DNA of 64,000 nucleotides, from positions 53,971 to 117,970 of the forward strand of contig JBAZQN010000001.1 in NCBI GenBank assembly GCA_041645165.1, given 5' to 3'. The notes under the pieces are model-generated. The model was given only the letters and a program-made list of their open reading frames with translations, was not told where the DNA came from and searched no databases. The translations under genes and the position numbers were made by a program. Positions 8,771 to 18,808 of the stretch are shown here, in pieces (within the stretch, counting starts at the first letter, position 1; the number at the start of each line of letters is the position of its first letter). The stretch is from Patescibacteria group bacterium. Its GTDB lineage: Bacteria > Patescibacteriota > Patescibacteriia > 2-02-FULL-49-11.

Positions 8771-10534
8771 ATGAAACTAGTAACGAAACAAACTTTTTCA
8801 CTTCTCTGGCGTCATGCGAGGCCGTACAAGAAGCTCCTTTCATTCATGATCGCGACGCTGGCGATGGGCATGATACTCGAAACGGTGGTCCCGCTTTTCT
8901 ATAAGCGGTTTTTTGATTTGTTAAGCGACGGTTCAGTCCCGCGCGCTGCACAGACCGGCGCGCTTATCCGCACCGTTATCATAATCCTGATGCTGTACCT
9001 CGTGGAGTGGATCCTCTGGCGTGTTACCACCTTTGCGAACAATTACTTCCAGCCGCGCGTCATGTCTGACATCCTTAATTCTTCGTTTGAATATCTCCAT
9101 GCCCATGCCTACGGCTTTTTCGTAAACCGCTTCGTGGGAGCGCTGGTGCGTAAGGTAAACCGCCTTGTGGATGCGTTTGAAAGCATCGCCGATAGGATAT
9201 GCTGGGATTTGCTGCCCATGGCCATACGCATCGTGACCATCCTCATCGTGCTGTGGTTTCGCAGTACCACCGTTGCGCTTGTCATGATGGTATGGATTGT
9301 CTTTTATCTTGCCGTGAACTACGCGTTTACGATGTTCAAGCTCAAATACGACGAGCAGAGCGCGACGGTTGATTCGCGGGTCACCGCGCATTTGGGCGAC
9401 ACGATTACGAACAACGTCAACATTAAGCTCTTTACTTCCTTAGCGAGTGAATTGCGCTCGTTCAAGCGTATCACGACTGATCAATTTAAAATCAGGAAGT
9501 TCGTGTGGGATTTAAGCGCAATCCTTGAGGCGATCCAGGCGCTGTTTATGATTTTTCTTGAGTATGCGATTTTCAGGATTTCTATACACTATTGGGCAAT
9601 GGGGGTTTTCAGCATCGGCGATTTCGTGCTTATCCAAGCCTACCTTCTGCAGATATTCAACCGCCTCTGGGATTTCGGCCGCATCATCCGCGATATTTAT
9701 AAGCGTTTGGCGGATGCCGAGGAAATGGTGGAGATACTCCATACGCCGCACGGAGTGCAGGATGCCTCGAATGCAAAAAAATTAGTGGTGAAGAATGGTG
9801 AAGTTGATTTTCGGAAAATACATTTTACCTATACGGGAGTGCAGGACGTGCTCCATGATTTTTCACTGCTGATACGCCCCGGGGAAAAAGTTGGCTTGGT
9901 GGGGCCGTCGGGAGCAGGCAAGTCCACCATTACCGCGCTTCTTTTCCGTTTTTATGATGTCACGAAGGGGGGTATTTATATTGACGGCATTAATGTTAAA
10001 CAGGTGACGCAACGGTCGCTGCGCGAGAGTATCAGTCTGGTCCCGCAAGATCCCATCCTTTTCCACCGCACTCTGATGGACAATATCCGCTATGGCAGGC
10101 TTGATGCCATGGATGCGGAAGTGTTCCGGGCGGCAAAGCTTGCGCATTGCGATGAATTTATCCAGCGGATGCCGGACAGCTATGAAACTTTTGTGGGAGA
10201 GCGGGGAATAAAGCTTTCTGGGGGTGAGCGCCAAAGAGTGGCGATCGCGAGGGCGATCCTGAAAAATGCGCCGATCCTCGTGCTTGATGAGGCGACCTCG
10301 AGCCTTGATTCGCATTCCGAAGCGATGATCCAGGACGCCTTGGAAAAACTGATGATTGATAAGACCGTCATCGTTATTGCGCACCGGCTTTCCACGATCA
10401 TGAAGATGGACCGGATCGTGGTGGTCAAGGAAGGCCGCATCACGGAGCAGGGGACTCATGATGCGCTCCTGACGATGCCGCGCGGCACCTACCGCATGCT
10501 TTGGCGTTTGCAGGCAGGCGGATTTATTAAATAA
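8771..10534 (+). CDS. ABC transporter, fused permease/ATP-binding exporter (MsbA-like)
   Basis: Six N-terminal TM helices. Walker A GPSGAGKST, signature LSGGERQRVAIARA, Walker B ILVLDEATS. Confidence 0.9.
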   Translation: MKLVTKQTFSLLWRHARPYKKLLSFMIATLAMGMILETVVPLFYKRFFDLLSDGSVPRAAQTGALIRTVIIILMLYLVEWILWRVTTFANNYFQPRVMSDILNSSFEYLHAHAYGFFVNRFVGALVRKVNRLVDAFESIADRICWDLLPMAIRIVTILIVLWFRSTTVALVMMVWIVFYLAVNYAFTMFKLKYDEQSATVDSRVTAHLGDTITNNVNIKLFTSLASELRSFKRITTDQFKIRKFVWDLSAILEAIQALFMIFLEYAIFRISIHYWAMGVFSIGDFVLIQAYLLQIFNRLWDFGRIIRDIYKRLADAEEMVEILHTPHGVQDASNAKKLVVKNGEVDFRKIHFTYTGVQDVLHDFSLLIRPGEKVGLVGPSGAGKSTITALLFRFYDVTKGGIYIDGINVKQVTQRSLRESISLVPQDPILFHRTLMDNIRYGRLDAMDAEVFRAAKLAHCDEFIQRMPDSYETFVGERGIKLSGGERQRVAIARAILKNAPILVLDEATSSLDSHSEAMIQDALEKLMIDKTVIVIAHRLSTIMKMDRIVVVKEGRITEQGTHDALLTMPRGTYRMLWRLQAGGFIK

Positions 10535-10652
10535 TATAGATGCAGATCAACGCGGATTGTTACGCTAATGTACGCGGATATTTTCAATGGCTACGAATTC
10601 GTAGTCATTAGCCTGCCTGCGCAGGCAGGTATCATTCGTATGAATAAGTATA

Positions 10653-11108
10653 TTGGTATCATATTTTATGAAACTCTCATGCCCCGCATTTCAACATGAA
10701 GGAATGGTTCCTCCGCAGTACACTTGTGACGGAATGGACGTAAACCCTCCATTTACCATAGAAGGGGTACCAGAGCAAGCCCGGAGCCTTGCGCTCGTGG
10801 TAGACGATCCTGATGCGCCTGGAGGCGATTGGGTGCATTGGACCATGTGGAATATTGACCCCTCGACATCAAGAATCGAGGGAAACACAGTACCCGTAGG
10901 TGCCGTCGAAGGCATGACAGATTTCGGCAGGTCCGGTTGGGGAGGCCCGTGTCCACCGTCAGGCACGCACCGCTACCAGTTCAAGCTCTACGCTCTTGAT
11001 GCCATGCTCTCGCTTGGCAACACCGCAAAGAAGCGCGATCTGGAGGAAGCTATGAAGGGTCATGTGCTCGCACAGGCAGTGCTCGCAGGGAAATATTCAA
11101 GAAGATAA
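10653..11108 (+). CDS. PEBP/YbhB-YbcL family (Raf kinase inhibitor-like) protein
   Basis: DPDAP...WVHW and C-terminal GHRYQFKLYALD-type motifs. Start may be at 10668 (MKLSCPAF). Confidence 0.75.
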   Translation: MVSYFMKLSCPAFQHEGMVPPQYTCDGMDVNPPFTIEGVPEQARSLALVVDDPDAPGGDWVHWTMWNIDPSTSRIEGNTVPVGAVEGMTDFGRSGWGGPCPPSGTHRYQFKLYALDAMLSLGNTAKKRDLEEAMKGHVLAQAVLAGKYSRR

Positions 11109-11248
11109 CTCGAAAGTACTCACTCAGGGTTATCACATCGCTCGGAATGCACAATTTTTCTGCGGACGCGACCAAACAGCCTGAACGCCTAAATCCTCGA
11201 AAAATTGGTATTCCTTCGCGTCGCGTTGAAGCCAGTGAGTACTTACGA

Positions 11249-12214
11249 TTATTCCTGTTCAGGCATAGTCATAATAATCCGTTGCACTTCCTCGAGGGTT
11301 TTTACTTTTACAAGTTCCTCGCGGATTTTTTTTGCGCGCGGCAAGCCCTTCACATACCATGCCAGATGTTTGCGCATTTCAATAATGCCGTATGGGCCTT
11401 TGGCCTCAAGCGCAAGTTTTACGTGCTCCATGATATATTGTTTTTTTTCGTCCCAGGTCGGTTCGTGATAAGTACCTGATGCGAGATATTCTCTGATCTG
11501 CCGGAAAATCCAAGGCCGCCCCAGCGCCCCGCGCGCAATGCCTAATCCGTCCGCATGCGTGGCCTCCACCATTTCCTTTGCCAATACAGGGCTGTAAATG
11601 CCGCCATTCGCGATCACGATGCCAGTAAAAAGTTTTTTCACCTCTGAGATCATCTCGAGATCAGGTTCACCGTCAAATGGCTTTTCGTACGATCGTCCGT
11701 GGACCATAATTGCCGAGATGGGGAGGGATTTTATTTTTTTTACAAGATCAAGCGCTGTTATTTTTTTTTGATTCAGATTAATACTTGCGCGGACCTTGAT
11801 GGACACGGGAAGCGTGGTAGCACTGCATACCGCAGCGACGAGTTCAGCGCAAAGTTCGGGATTTCGCATCAAATTTACGCCACCACCATGGCGAGTCACC
11901 TTGTACGCGGGACAGCCGAAGTTGATATCAATGCCCGAGAATCCCAAGCGTTCCACCTGCCTTGCTGCTAAGCGTAATACAGACGGGTCATTGCCGAATA
12001 TTTGGCATACGACTGGCTTCTCACCCGGCGAGAAGGAAAGCATGTCGTGCGTTTTTTGGCTGTTCCGCGCAAGGGCATTTGCGGAAGCGAATTCAGTATA
12101 AATAACATCAGCGCCGAACCGTTTGCACATGGTGCGGAATGCCAGATCAGTGACTCCTGCCATGGGTGCAAGGGCGAGGAAGGGTTTTGGCAATTTTGTC
12201 CAGAAATTATTCAT
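11249..12214 (-). CDS. dus: tRNA-dihydrouridine synthase
   Basis: LAPMAGVTDLAFRTMCKRFGADVIYTEF and a TIM-barrel FMN-binding profile. Confidence 0.85.
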   Translation of the reverse strand: MNNFWTKLPKPFLALAPMAGVTDLAFRTMCKRFGADVIYTEFASANALARNSQKTHDMLSFSPGEKPVVCQIFGNDPSVLRLAARQVERLGFSGIDINFGCPAYKVTRHGGGVNLMRNPELCAELVAAVCSATTLPVSIKVRASINLNQKKITALDLVKKIKSLPISAIMVHGRSYEKPFDGEPDLEMISEVKKLFTGIVIANGGIYSPVLAKEMVEATHADGLGIARGALGRPWIFRQIREYLASGTYHEPTWDEKKQYIMEHVKLALEAKGPYGIIEMRKHLAWYVKGLPRAKKIREELVKVKTLEEVQRIIMTMPEQE

Positions 12215-12299
12215 ATGCGACTTGAGCTGCAGTGATTATATATTAATAATGCGATTATAGCTGAAAATGCGCCTTATTCAAAGCTTTTTATTATGCACT

Positions 12300-12328
12300 T
12301 TGACAAGGGGGGAAAGAACGTGTATAAA
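12300..12328 (+). promoter_or_regulatory. sigma70-type promoter (TTGACA-17 nt-TATAAA)
   Basis: TTGACA at 12300-12305, a 17-nt spacer, TATAAA at 12323-12328. Followed by a ~190-nt leader before the ORF at 12517/12526. Confidence 0.5.
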
Positions 12329-12516
12329 ATAGTAAACTGAATAAAGGAGCATATAGCAACGTATACATTATAAACGCGTAAAGTAACCTCATTTCACTCA
12401 TCAGTGCACGACATACGCTCAAAATGGAAAGCGGATGTGAAGCATCCCAAGCCCCGCCTTAAGCGGCGGGGTAACTGAAGGGGAAGAAGAGCGTAGCGCA
12501 TAGGTTCAAACGTTCG

Positions 12517-13356
12517 TTGGCAGGTATGCCTGCGGACGCTTGGATCGATTGCTTCTTCGGAGAAGAATGTCGTTCGCTAGGGTTTCACATGAAAAGGGGT
12601 CTTTGCGGATTCCTTTTTTATTGTACCTCAATATTTATTATGTCCGGAGAAAAAGATTCATTTGAAATTATTGAGGCGCTTAAACATGCGATTTGGACGC
12701 GCAGGCCGATGTTGGGGGAAATTATTCGCACGCATGGAGATAAGATTCTCTATGATTATACCGTAGATTTTCTTGATGTGAATAAAAGTAAATTGTTAGA
12801 CGATAGAAAGGGAGAGTTATTGGACGTGGTTAAGAAATTGTTGTCAGAAAGGTTAGGGGACAGAGTCGCTAGTGAGGTGGTAACGCAGATGGCGGCACTT
12901 CCGCTCGTTTCTACCGCGGATCACCATGGACCGATAGATCATCCATTTTGGGTCAATTCAAATATTATTAGCGGCATACCTCTATTTGAAAAAAAATTTA
13001 ATAGTGCCAAATATCTTGTGGTGTTTTCATTTGCCAGCGTGTCTGTGAACAATCTTTCCGCTTACCCGCGCGGCATCGAATTTCATGGAGGAGTAAACGG
13101 ATCCAGTAATATAATTAAATTACCTATTTTGCCAGATAAATTGAAAATGAGCGTGGTGTATGGCACTCGCGCATTTACAAGAGATGACTTAGAAAAGACG
13201 CACCATGAATTACTAATGAGAGAGCGTCATGGCGATATTATCTATGGACGCGCGGAAGAGGTGTGGAGGATAATTGAGAACAATTTTGGGAGTAGTGATG
13301 TCTTAAATGCTCTTGATTTTCCAAGCCAAGTCACAAAAATAAATTTTACCCTTTGA
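12517..13356 (+). CDS. hypothetical protein (no recognisable family)
   Basis: Intact 279-aa ORF. The annotated start is TTG; ATG candidates at 12526, 12589 and 12640. No family assignable. Confidence 0.5.
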   Translation: MAGMPADAWIDCFFGEECRSLGFHMKRGLCGFLFYCTSIFIMSGEKDSFEIIEALKHAIWTRRPMLGEIIRTHGDKILYDYTVDFLDVNKSKLLDDRKGELLDVVKKLLSERLGDRVASEVVTQMAALPLVSTADHHGPIDHPFWVNSNIISGIPLFEKKFNSAKYLVVFSFASVSVNNLSAYPRGIEFHGGVNGSSNIIKLPILPDKLKMSVVYGTRAFTRDDLEKTHHELLMRERHGDIIYGRAEEVWRIIENNFGSSDVLNALDFPSQVTKINFTL

Positions 13357-13398
13357 CAGATTTTTTTTCACCATACATTCTCCGATCATTCTCGTGAC

Positions 13399-14190
13399 GT
13401 GAGAGTGCCGGAACTCATTTATATTGAGATAGAAACAATTGTAAAAGAACTGCTTATTCATTATCATCTCTCTCGTCCAAAATCGTTATTGTATCGTATA
13501 TTATTCAATCAAAGGAAGCAACAATTAGTCCATTATTATTTTAATAATATCGCAGGCGCTTTTTCTAGCCAGCAAAAATGGGGCACTTACCTTTTTTGGG
13601 CGTTAGACAACAAGATGCATCGTGTTCGCCTCTCGTTAAAAGAGAATATTTTAATTTCAGAAGATAATAAAATTTCAATACCATTTACTCCCGAGGCAGT
13701 TGCACGTGCATTACAGGATAAAGCCATTTTTCCTAGTATGGCCATGTGTTATGTAACGGTAGCGCTCTATTATGGCATGAAATGCTTAGGTGGATTTTGC
13801 CAGGTACACGATCTGACTATGTTAAAAGAAGCCTGGATGAAAATCTTGTTTGAGGCGGATGAACGCGAGGAGGCGCTGGCTGTTGAACCGGTACAAACAA
13901 AAGAGTTGGGTGGGGATGGTATGGTGCTTGCTTATCTGAATACCCGGAAGGGTGAACTTGTACCCGCCACAGGCATTGATTTGGCGCTAAACAAGCAAGA
14001 TACCAGTTTTGAGAAATTCGTCGCGATTTCGCGGCGTGTGACACTTTCAGATATGATGAATTCTATGCTTCCTGAAATGTATACAGTCCTGTATCCTTCT
14101 TTTCAACGAGATGGAAGATTAGCCTCGCTTACCCCAGAACAAATTTCAAAAGTTATTGGTTTGCATGGAAAAATTGATATTGAAGAGTAA
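13399..14190 (+). CDS. hypothetical protein (no recognisable family)
   Basis: Intact 263-aa ORF lying 42 nt downstream of the previous one on the same strand. Confidence 0.5.
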   Translation: MRVPELIYIEIETIVKELLIHYHLSRPKSLLYRILFNQRKQQLVHYYFNNIAGAFSSQQKWGTYLFWALDNKMHRVRLSLKENILISEDNKISIPFTPEAVARALQDKAIFPSMAMCYVTVALYYGMKCLGGFCQVHDLTMLKEAWMKILFEADEREEALAVEPVQTKELGGDGMVLAYLNTRKGELVPATGIDLALNKQDTSFEKFVAISRRVTLSDMMNSMLPEMYTVLYPSFQRDGRLASLTPEQISKVIGLHGKIDIEE

Positions 14191-14300
14191 TCATTTTTCG
14201 CTTGTTTGAAAAGCTACAGCATATAAAGCCGCATTGATTCTTGGATATAAATAGAGTATGTTTAAAACGCTTATTTGCGTTTTGTTATTTTTATAGAGAT

Positions 14301-15491
14301 ATGAATACTAGTCCATTAGCCGACCGGATGCGGCCGGAGCGGCTGGAAGATTTTGTCGGACAGGAAGAGCTCCTAGGGAAGGGGACTTTTTTGCGCCGCG
14401 CCATTGAGGAAGACCGCGTGCCTTCCATGATTCTCTGGGGCCCGCCGGGGTGCGGAAAAACCACGCTTGCGCATGTGATTGCGCGGATCACGAAGGCGGA
14501 ATTTGTCTCATTGCCCGCGACATCGAGCGGTGTTGAGGAATTGCGCAAGATGATCGAGCGCGCGGAAAGCGGTGTGCGGCTTGGGGTAAAAACAGTCCTG
14601 TTTATTGACGAGATCCACCGCTGGAACAAAGCGCAGCAGGACCGGCTGCTGCCTTATGTAGAGAAGGGCGTGATAACGCTCATCGGCGCGACAACCGAGA
14701 ATCCCTCGTTTGAGGTGAATTCGGCGCTGCTTTCCCGCGCGCGCGTGTTTGTATTGAAACTGCTTGATGAAGCAGCGTTAAAGAAAATTTTGTTGCGGGC
14801 GGCTAAAGAAGCGGGAAGAACGTTTCCCGGCGAACTATTGGACTTCATCGCCGCGCAGGCGCACGGCGATGCCCGTTTTGCGTTAAATACGCTTGAGGCG
14901 TGTTTTGATGAAGGGGAAGTTATTACCATAGAAAGGATTAAGCAGATTTTGCAGAAATCCCACCTGTTGTATGACAAGAAAGGAGAAGAACACTATAATA
15001 TCGTTTCCGCTCTGCATAAATCCATGCGCGGGGGAGACGCAGATGCCGCCGTGTATTGGCTCGCGCGGATGCTCGAAGGCGGCGAAGATCCGCTCTATGT
15101 GGCGCGCAGAATTGTAAGGTTTGCTTCGGAAGACATCGGACTTGCGAATAACACGGCACTCCTTGTCGCAAATGCTGCGTTTGACGCATGCCACAAATTA
15201 GGCATGCCTGAGTGCGCGGTGCACCTTGCCCAGGCGGTAATGTACATGGCGCTGTCGAAAAAAAGCATTGTCGCGTATGAAGCGTATGGAAAGGCGAAAC
15301 AGGACGTGGAGAAGTACGGCGCCCTGCCCGTACCGCTCCATATCCGCAATGCGCCCACGCAGCTGATGAAAGATTTGAATTACGGGAAGGGATATAAATA
15401 CACGCCGCATTTCGAAGGCGACGCGGGTAAACAGGATTATCTGCCGGAGGAGTTGAAGGGAAGATATTATATTGAAAATCCAAAATTTTGA
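14301..15491 (+). CDS. rarA: replication-associated recombination protein A (AAA+ ATPase RarA/MgsA)
   Basis: PLADRMRPERLEDFVGQEELLG, Walker A GPPGCGKTTLA, Walker B LFIDEIHRWNK, and a MgsA C-terminal domain. ORF-track start at 14241; the internal ATG at 14301 fits the family N-terminus. Confidence 0.9.
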   Translation: MNTSPLADRMRPERLEDFVGQEELLGKGTFLRRAIEEDRVPSMILWGPPGCGKTTLAHVIARITKAEFVSLPATSSGVEELRKMIERAESGVRLGVKTVLFIDEIHRWNKAQQDRLLPYVEKGVITLIGATTENPSFEVNSALLSRARVFVLKLLDEAALKKILLRAAKEAGRTFPGELLDFIAAQAHGDARFALNTLEACFDEGEVITIERIKQILQKSHLLYDKKGEEHYNIVSALHKSMRGGDADAAVYWLARMLEGGEDPLYVARRIVRFASEDIGLANNTALLVANAAFDACHKLGMPECAVHLAQAVMYMALSKKSIVAYEAYGKAKQDVEKYGALPVPLHIRNAPTQLMKDLNYGKGYKYTPHFEGDAGKQDYLPEELKGRYYIENPKF

Positions 15492-15494
15492 TTT

Positions 15495-15881
15495 TTGCAT
15501 TTTGATTTTTGCATTATCGTCATGTTCCCTTGGCTCTTTCCCCTCTTTTGGGTTCTTCTCATCTTCCTCGGCTCCTCCATCCCCGGCGGATCAATTCCCG
15601 CGCCGGTGTCAGTGGCGAGCCAAGTGCTCCATGCGTGCGAATATGCGGTATTGGCATACCTTATCGCGCGTGCGTTTTCGCAAACAAAAAAAGAACCTAA
15701 GCACTCTTTCTCTGCAATTATTATCCTTGCATTCAGTATTAGCGTGCTTTATGGGGCTACTGATGAGCTGCATCAGTTATACGTCCCCGGGCGCCATCCA
15801 GATTCTATGGATGTGTTCGTAGATGCCCTCGGGAGTGGCATAGGGGTGTTTGTGTGGTATAGGTTGAAACGAGGGATTTGA
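15495..15881 (+). CDS. VanZ-like family membrane protein
   Basis: Small 4-TM protein with a VanZ-like pattern (ACEYAVLAYLIARAF). Confidence 0.5.
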   Translation: MHFDFCIIVMFPWLFPLFWVLLIFLGSSIPGGSIPAPVSVASQVLHACEYAVLAYLIARAFSQTKKEPKHSFSAIIILAFSISVLYGATDELHQLYVPGRHPDSMDVFVDALGSGIGVFVWYRLKRGI

Positions 15882-15944
15882 CGGCATGTGTACGCGAATG
15901 AGATATTTTTTTATCTAAAAACTGAGATAATAGAAAAGCAATTA

Positions 15945-16277
15945 TTATAACAAAATATCATCATCGGAGAATCCAGCATTGCGCATTATAATATAAACAT
16001 TATATAAATCTTGATAATACGGCTGAAAAGCTTCATTATCAGGTAGACGTTTCCCATCGCGATAAAAAATACTTGCATCCTTCAATGCAGTAAACAGTTT
16101 TTGAACTAGTTCAGAGTTTACTTCTAAAAGTTTTTTATATTGGGGAGTTTTTCGATACTCGTCGCCTAATTCACCTGAAGTGAAGAAGAGATACGTATTA
16201 TTGCTAAATCTACTACAGAATTCATCAAAGCTTAAGTATTCAATTTCCTCCCCGGATTCCTGTGAGGTTTCTGACAT
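15945..16277 (-). CDS. hypothetical protein
   Basis: Intact 110-aa ORF with no motif recognised. Confidence 0.35.
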   Translation of the reverse strand: MSETSQESGEEIEYLSFDEFCSRFSNNTYLFFTSGELGDEYRKTPQYKKLLEVNSELVQKLFTALKDASIFYRDGKRLPDNEAFQPYYQDLYNVYIIMRNAGFSDDDILL

Positions 16278-16330
16278 ATTAATGATACAGATTAATAAGC
16301 GGAATGAGTTGAGAAATAAGTTTAACGATA

Positions 16331-16765
16331 TTATCTTTTTATCGGCTGGGTTATCGTTTTGCCAAAGATATAGCAGTCTTCACCGTACCATTGTTTTTTA
16401 AACAAGAATCGTTCCTTGAAACCCATAGCCTTATAAAACCCTACTGCGTGGTACCGTAAAAGGCTCCAGCACCACAATTTTGGGATTTTCTCTTTTTTGC
16501 ATTTCTGGATGGCAAATTGTATGAGACTCCTGCCTGCGCCTTTCTGTTGAGATGCGATAGAATAGATTTGATAGGAGCCTTCGGTAGGCTCGAGGCACAT
16601 AGCCCCGACCGGTCGGTTTTTTTCGAGTGCGAGATAGTACCAGCCTTTAGAAACGTGAGCGGTAATGTGGTGAATATCAGAAAAGTGGTAATGTTCATTA
16701 TCAAGCACGGAAATAATCTTCGCAATCGAGGGAATGTGTTTTTTTGATGCTTTGAGTATTTTCAT
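16331..16765 (-). CDS. GNAT-family N-acetyltransferase
   Basis: Acetyl-CoA-binding core QQKGAGRSLIQFAIQKCKKEK plus GFYKAMGF. Confidence 0.75.
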   Translation of the reverse strand: MKILKASKKHIPSIAKIISVLDNEHYHFSDIHHITAHVSKGWYYLALEKNRPVGAMCLEPTEGSYQIYSIASQQKGAGRSLIQFAIQKCKKEKIPKLWCWSLLRYHAVGFYKAMGFKERFLFKKQWYGEDCYIFGKTITQPIKR

Positions 16766-16794
16766 GAGTCGCGTTTGTAAATAAGAATATTTTT

Positions 16795-17409
16795 TTATCG
16801 TGTGGTACGGCGAGGTACACTAACTATGCCATAGGCGGCGAGCTCTTTTTTAAATTGGTTGAAATTTCGGTAGTGGATGCCATGTATGCCAAGTTTTTTA
16901 GCGGCGATGACGTTTTCTTTCTGGTCGTCAATGAAAATGCACTCTTCAGGCTTTTTGCGCATTTTACGGAGGAGCGCGCGATAGATGGCTTTGGACGGTT
17001 TTGCCGCTCTCGTACCATAGGAAGTGACAATCGCATCAAAATATTTTTCAAGATGATGATTGGCAATTGTTTCCTCCAGCCAGTCCTCAATATGGTTCGA
17101 TAAAAGACCAGTGGTGTAATGACGTTTTAATGCGGTAATCAGCTGCAGCATGTGCGGACGCATTTTGTGATGTGTGGTGATTTCTTGGCGCAGTAGATGT
17201 GTCTCCCTGCTTAAATAATCAGATATTGTTGTCCAGAATAATTTTGATGATATTTTGTTTACTCTCGCTTTGCGCCATGTGGTACGTAACAGTTGAATGG
17301 TTTTAGGTTTGTTCACATGGTATTTTTTTGAAAGTATACTGCCGAGCTCTTCCCATGTTTTTATATCAGTGAGCACTCCTCCCGCGTCAAAAATAATTGT
17401 GGTAATCAT
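16795..17409 (-). CDS. HAD-superfamily hydrolase
   Basis: Motif I IIFDAGGVLT and a C-terminal IFIDDQKENV motif. Confidence 0.75.
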   Translation of the reverse strand: MITTIIFDAGGVLTDIKTWEELGSILSKKYHVNKPKTIQLLRTTWRKARVNKISSKLFWTTISDYLSRETHLLRQEITTHHKMRPHMLQLITALKRHYTTGLLSNHIEDWLEETIANHHLEKYFDAIVTSYGTRAAKPSKAIYRALLRKMRKKPEECIFIDDQKENVIAAKKLGIHGIHYRNFNQFKKELAAYGIVSVPRRTTR

Positions 17410-17639
17410 AAATGTAAAGATTTCCTACTGATGATAACTTATGCGTTTATCCTTATTAAGCACCTTCAGTATAACCTTATAAAGATAGGAAGCAAAGGCG
17501 AATATCTCCTCATTTGGTTATACATCAGAAATTTGGTATAGTATATCTTAGGATTTATCTGGTTACGCCGGATAAGAGCTCGTCGTAGCTACGCTAGATC
17601 CCGCGTAGCGGGACGTAGCGAGAGAATTTAGAGTTTTAT

Positions 17640-17972
17640 ATGAATGATGAACAATGGGAAGTGACCCTAGACCGGATTGAGCAGAAGTTCCGTATTGAGG
17701 AACGGAAGCGGGAGGAGCGCGGGGAAGGGGAGGGGGTGGTGGAATGGGTGGTCTTTATGACACCCCAAGGAAAGGTGAGGCTTGAGCGCACGACGAAGCC
17801 GCGCGTGGTGGGAGAGCATTCGGAGCGTTCGAAGCGCATCGGGAGCACGGCCGTGATCAAAAAAATTTACGATCCTGACGACCTTGTCAGTTACATGCGC
17901 GCGTACCTTTGGGATGAGGGCACTTCAAGCTGGGGGGAAATAAAAGGCGAGGGCTTTTCTGCAAATTTTTAA
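17640..17972 (+). CDS. hypothetical protein (110 aa, charged)
   Basis: Starts immediately after the left inverted repeat. No family recognised. Confidence 0.4.
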   Translation: MNDEQWEVTLDRIEQKFRIEERKREERGEGEGVVEWVVFMTPQGKVRLERTTKPRVVGEHSERSKRIGSTAVIKKIYDPDDLVSYMRAYLWDEGTSSWGEIKGEGFSANF

Positions 17973-18009
17973 TTGTTTTACAAACAATAATCGCTAAAAA
18001 TAACAATGG

Positions 18010-18086
18010 TAGCGTGGCAGCTCTTGTCCCGTCGAATGACTGGGATGTCTGCCACCCACGTGGTCGGAGACGAGCTCCGACGCTAC
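18010..18086. repeat. REP-like family R copy
   Basis: gtagcgtggcag...ctgccacccacgtggtcggagacgagctccgacgctac. Confidence 0.7.
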
Positions 18087-18120
18087 AGAGAGAAATACTA
18101 TTTTATTCTAAGCTCACCGT

Positions 18121-18735
18121 ATGAAAAAACAAACGCAACCGTCAACCAAATCACCTTCCTTTCCCTATCGCTCCTTCCATCTTTCGCGGCAAGTGAAGAT
18201 TGCTTTTCCCCCCATGCGCGAGCTTGTGGAATTGCTGCATAAACCGTGGGGAATTTTTTTCCTCACATTCGTGCTTATCATTAATTATGCCTACGTCTCG
18301 ATGCTTGCGACCATTCCGGTGCTCGCCAATATGCCTACAGATAATATGATCTTGATACGAAGCGATGCCGGCCAGTCATTAAGTGTGAAATATAAAGATG
18401 AAGTGCCGATGATTTTATCGAACTATTTGGCAAATCGGGGGCAATTTGCGGCAAAACTTTCTAATGAATCGTATATAAAAGCAGATGTGGATGCGTGGCT
18501 TGCAGAGATTAAGAATGAAAAAGGTTTATTGCTTAGCTTTAGCGTCCCTCAAAACCTTAAGGAAGTGCATTTGGGGCTCGTAATCGCAATGGGGACTGAC
18601 GAGCAGGCGGCAGCACGGTATCTCACCGCATTGGAAGGCGACACCACGGCCGGGAAGGAAGCCGAAAGCGAATTTAGAAATGCAGAGGAGCGCCTTACGA
18701 TGGTTTTCCAGCTCGCGCCTTGGTTGAGTAAGTAA
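18121..18735 (+). CDS. hypothetical membrane-anchored protein
   Basis: One TM helix (IFFLTFVLIINYAYVSMLATIPVLA). Start may be at 18214 (MRELVELL). Confidence 0.4.
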   Translation: MKKQTQPSTKSPSFPYRSFHLSRQVKIAFPPMRELVELLHKPWGIFFLTFVLIINYAYVSMLATIPVLANMPTDNMILIRSDAGQSLSVKYKDEVPMILSNYLANRGQFAAKLSNESYIKADVDAWLAEIKNEKGLLLSFSVPQNLKEVHLGLVIAMGTDEQAAARYLTALEGDTTAGKEAESEFRNAEERLTMVFQLAPWLSK

Positions 18736-18808
18736 AGTGGAATACCAAGCAATACCACATCCAAGAGGGGGATGGTTTTGGTAGCGATGAGGAAGAATAG
18801 TCATTGAT

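Noticed and set aside
9863-10459. 198-aa ORF on the minus strand inside the ABC exporter gene
   Set aside because: It is antisense to a well-supported CDS with Walker/signature motifs, has no RBS, and shows a reverse-frame composition artefact. Similar antisense ORFs at 14938-15483, 39794-40303, 44630-44953 and 57488-57715 were rejected for the same reason.
10590-10640. GC hairpin cctgcctgcgcaggcagg after the ABC exporter as an intrinsic terminator
   Set aside because: The stem is good but it is followed by tatcattcg, not a U-run. It may still pause or terminate, but it does not meet the intrinsic terminator pattern.
12335-12516. Leader region as tmRNA, RNase P RNA or SRP RNA
   Set aside because: No tag-peptide reading frame or T-arm/CCA end, no GGAAAGUCCGG/AGGGUGAAA P4 motifs, and no GGAA/AGC domain IV motif was found. 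Kept only as a possible cis-regulatory leader.
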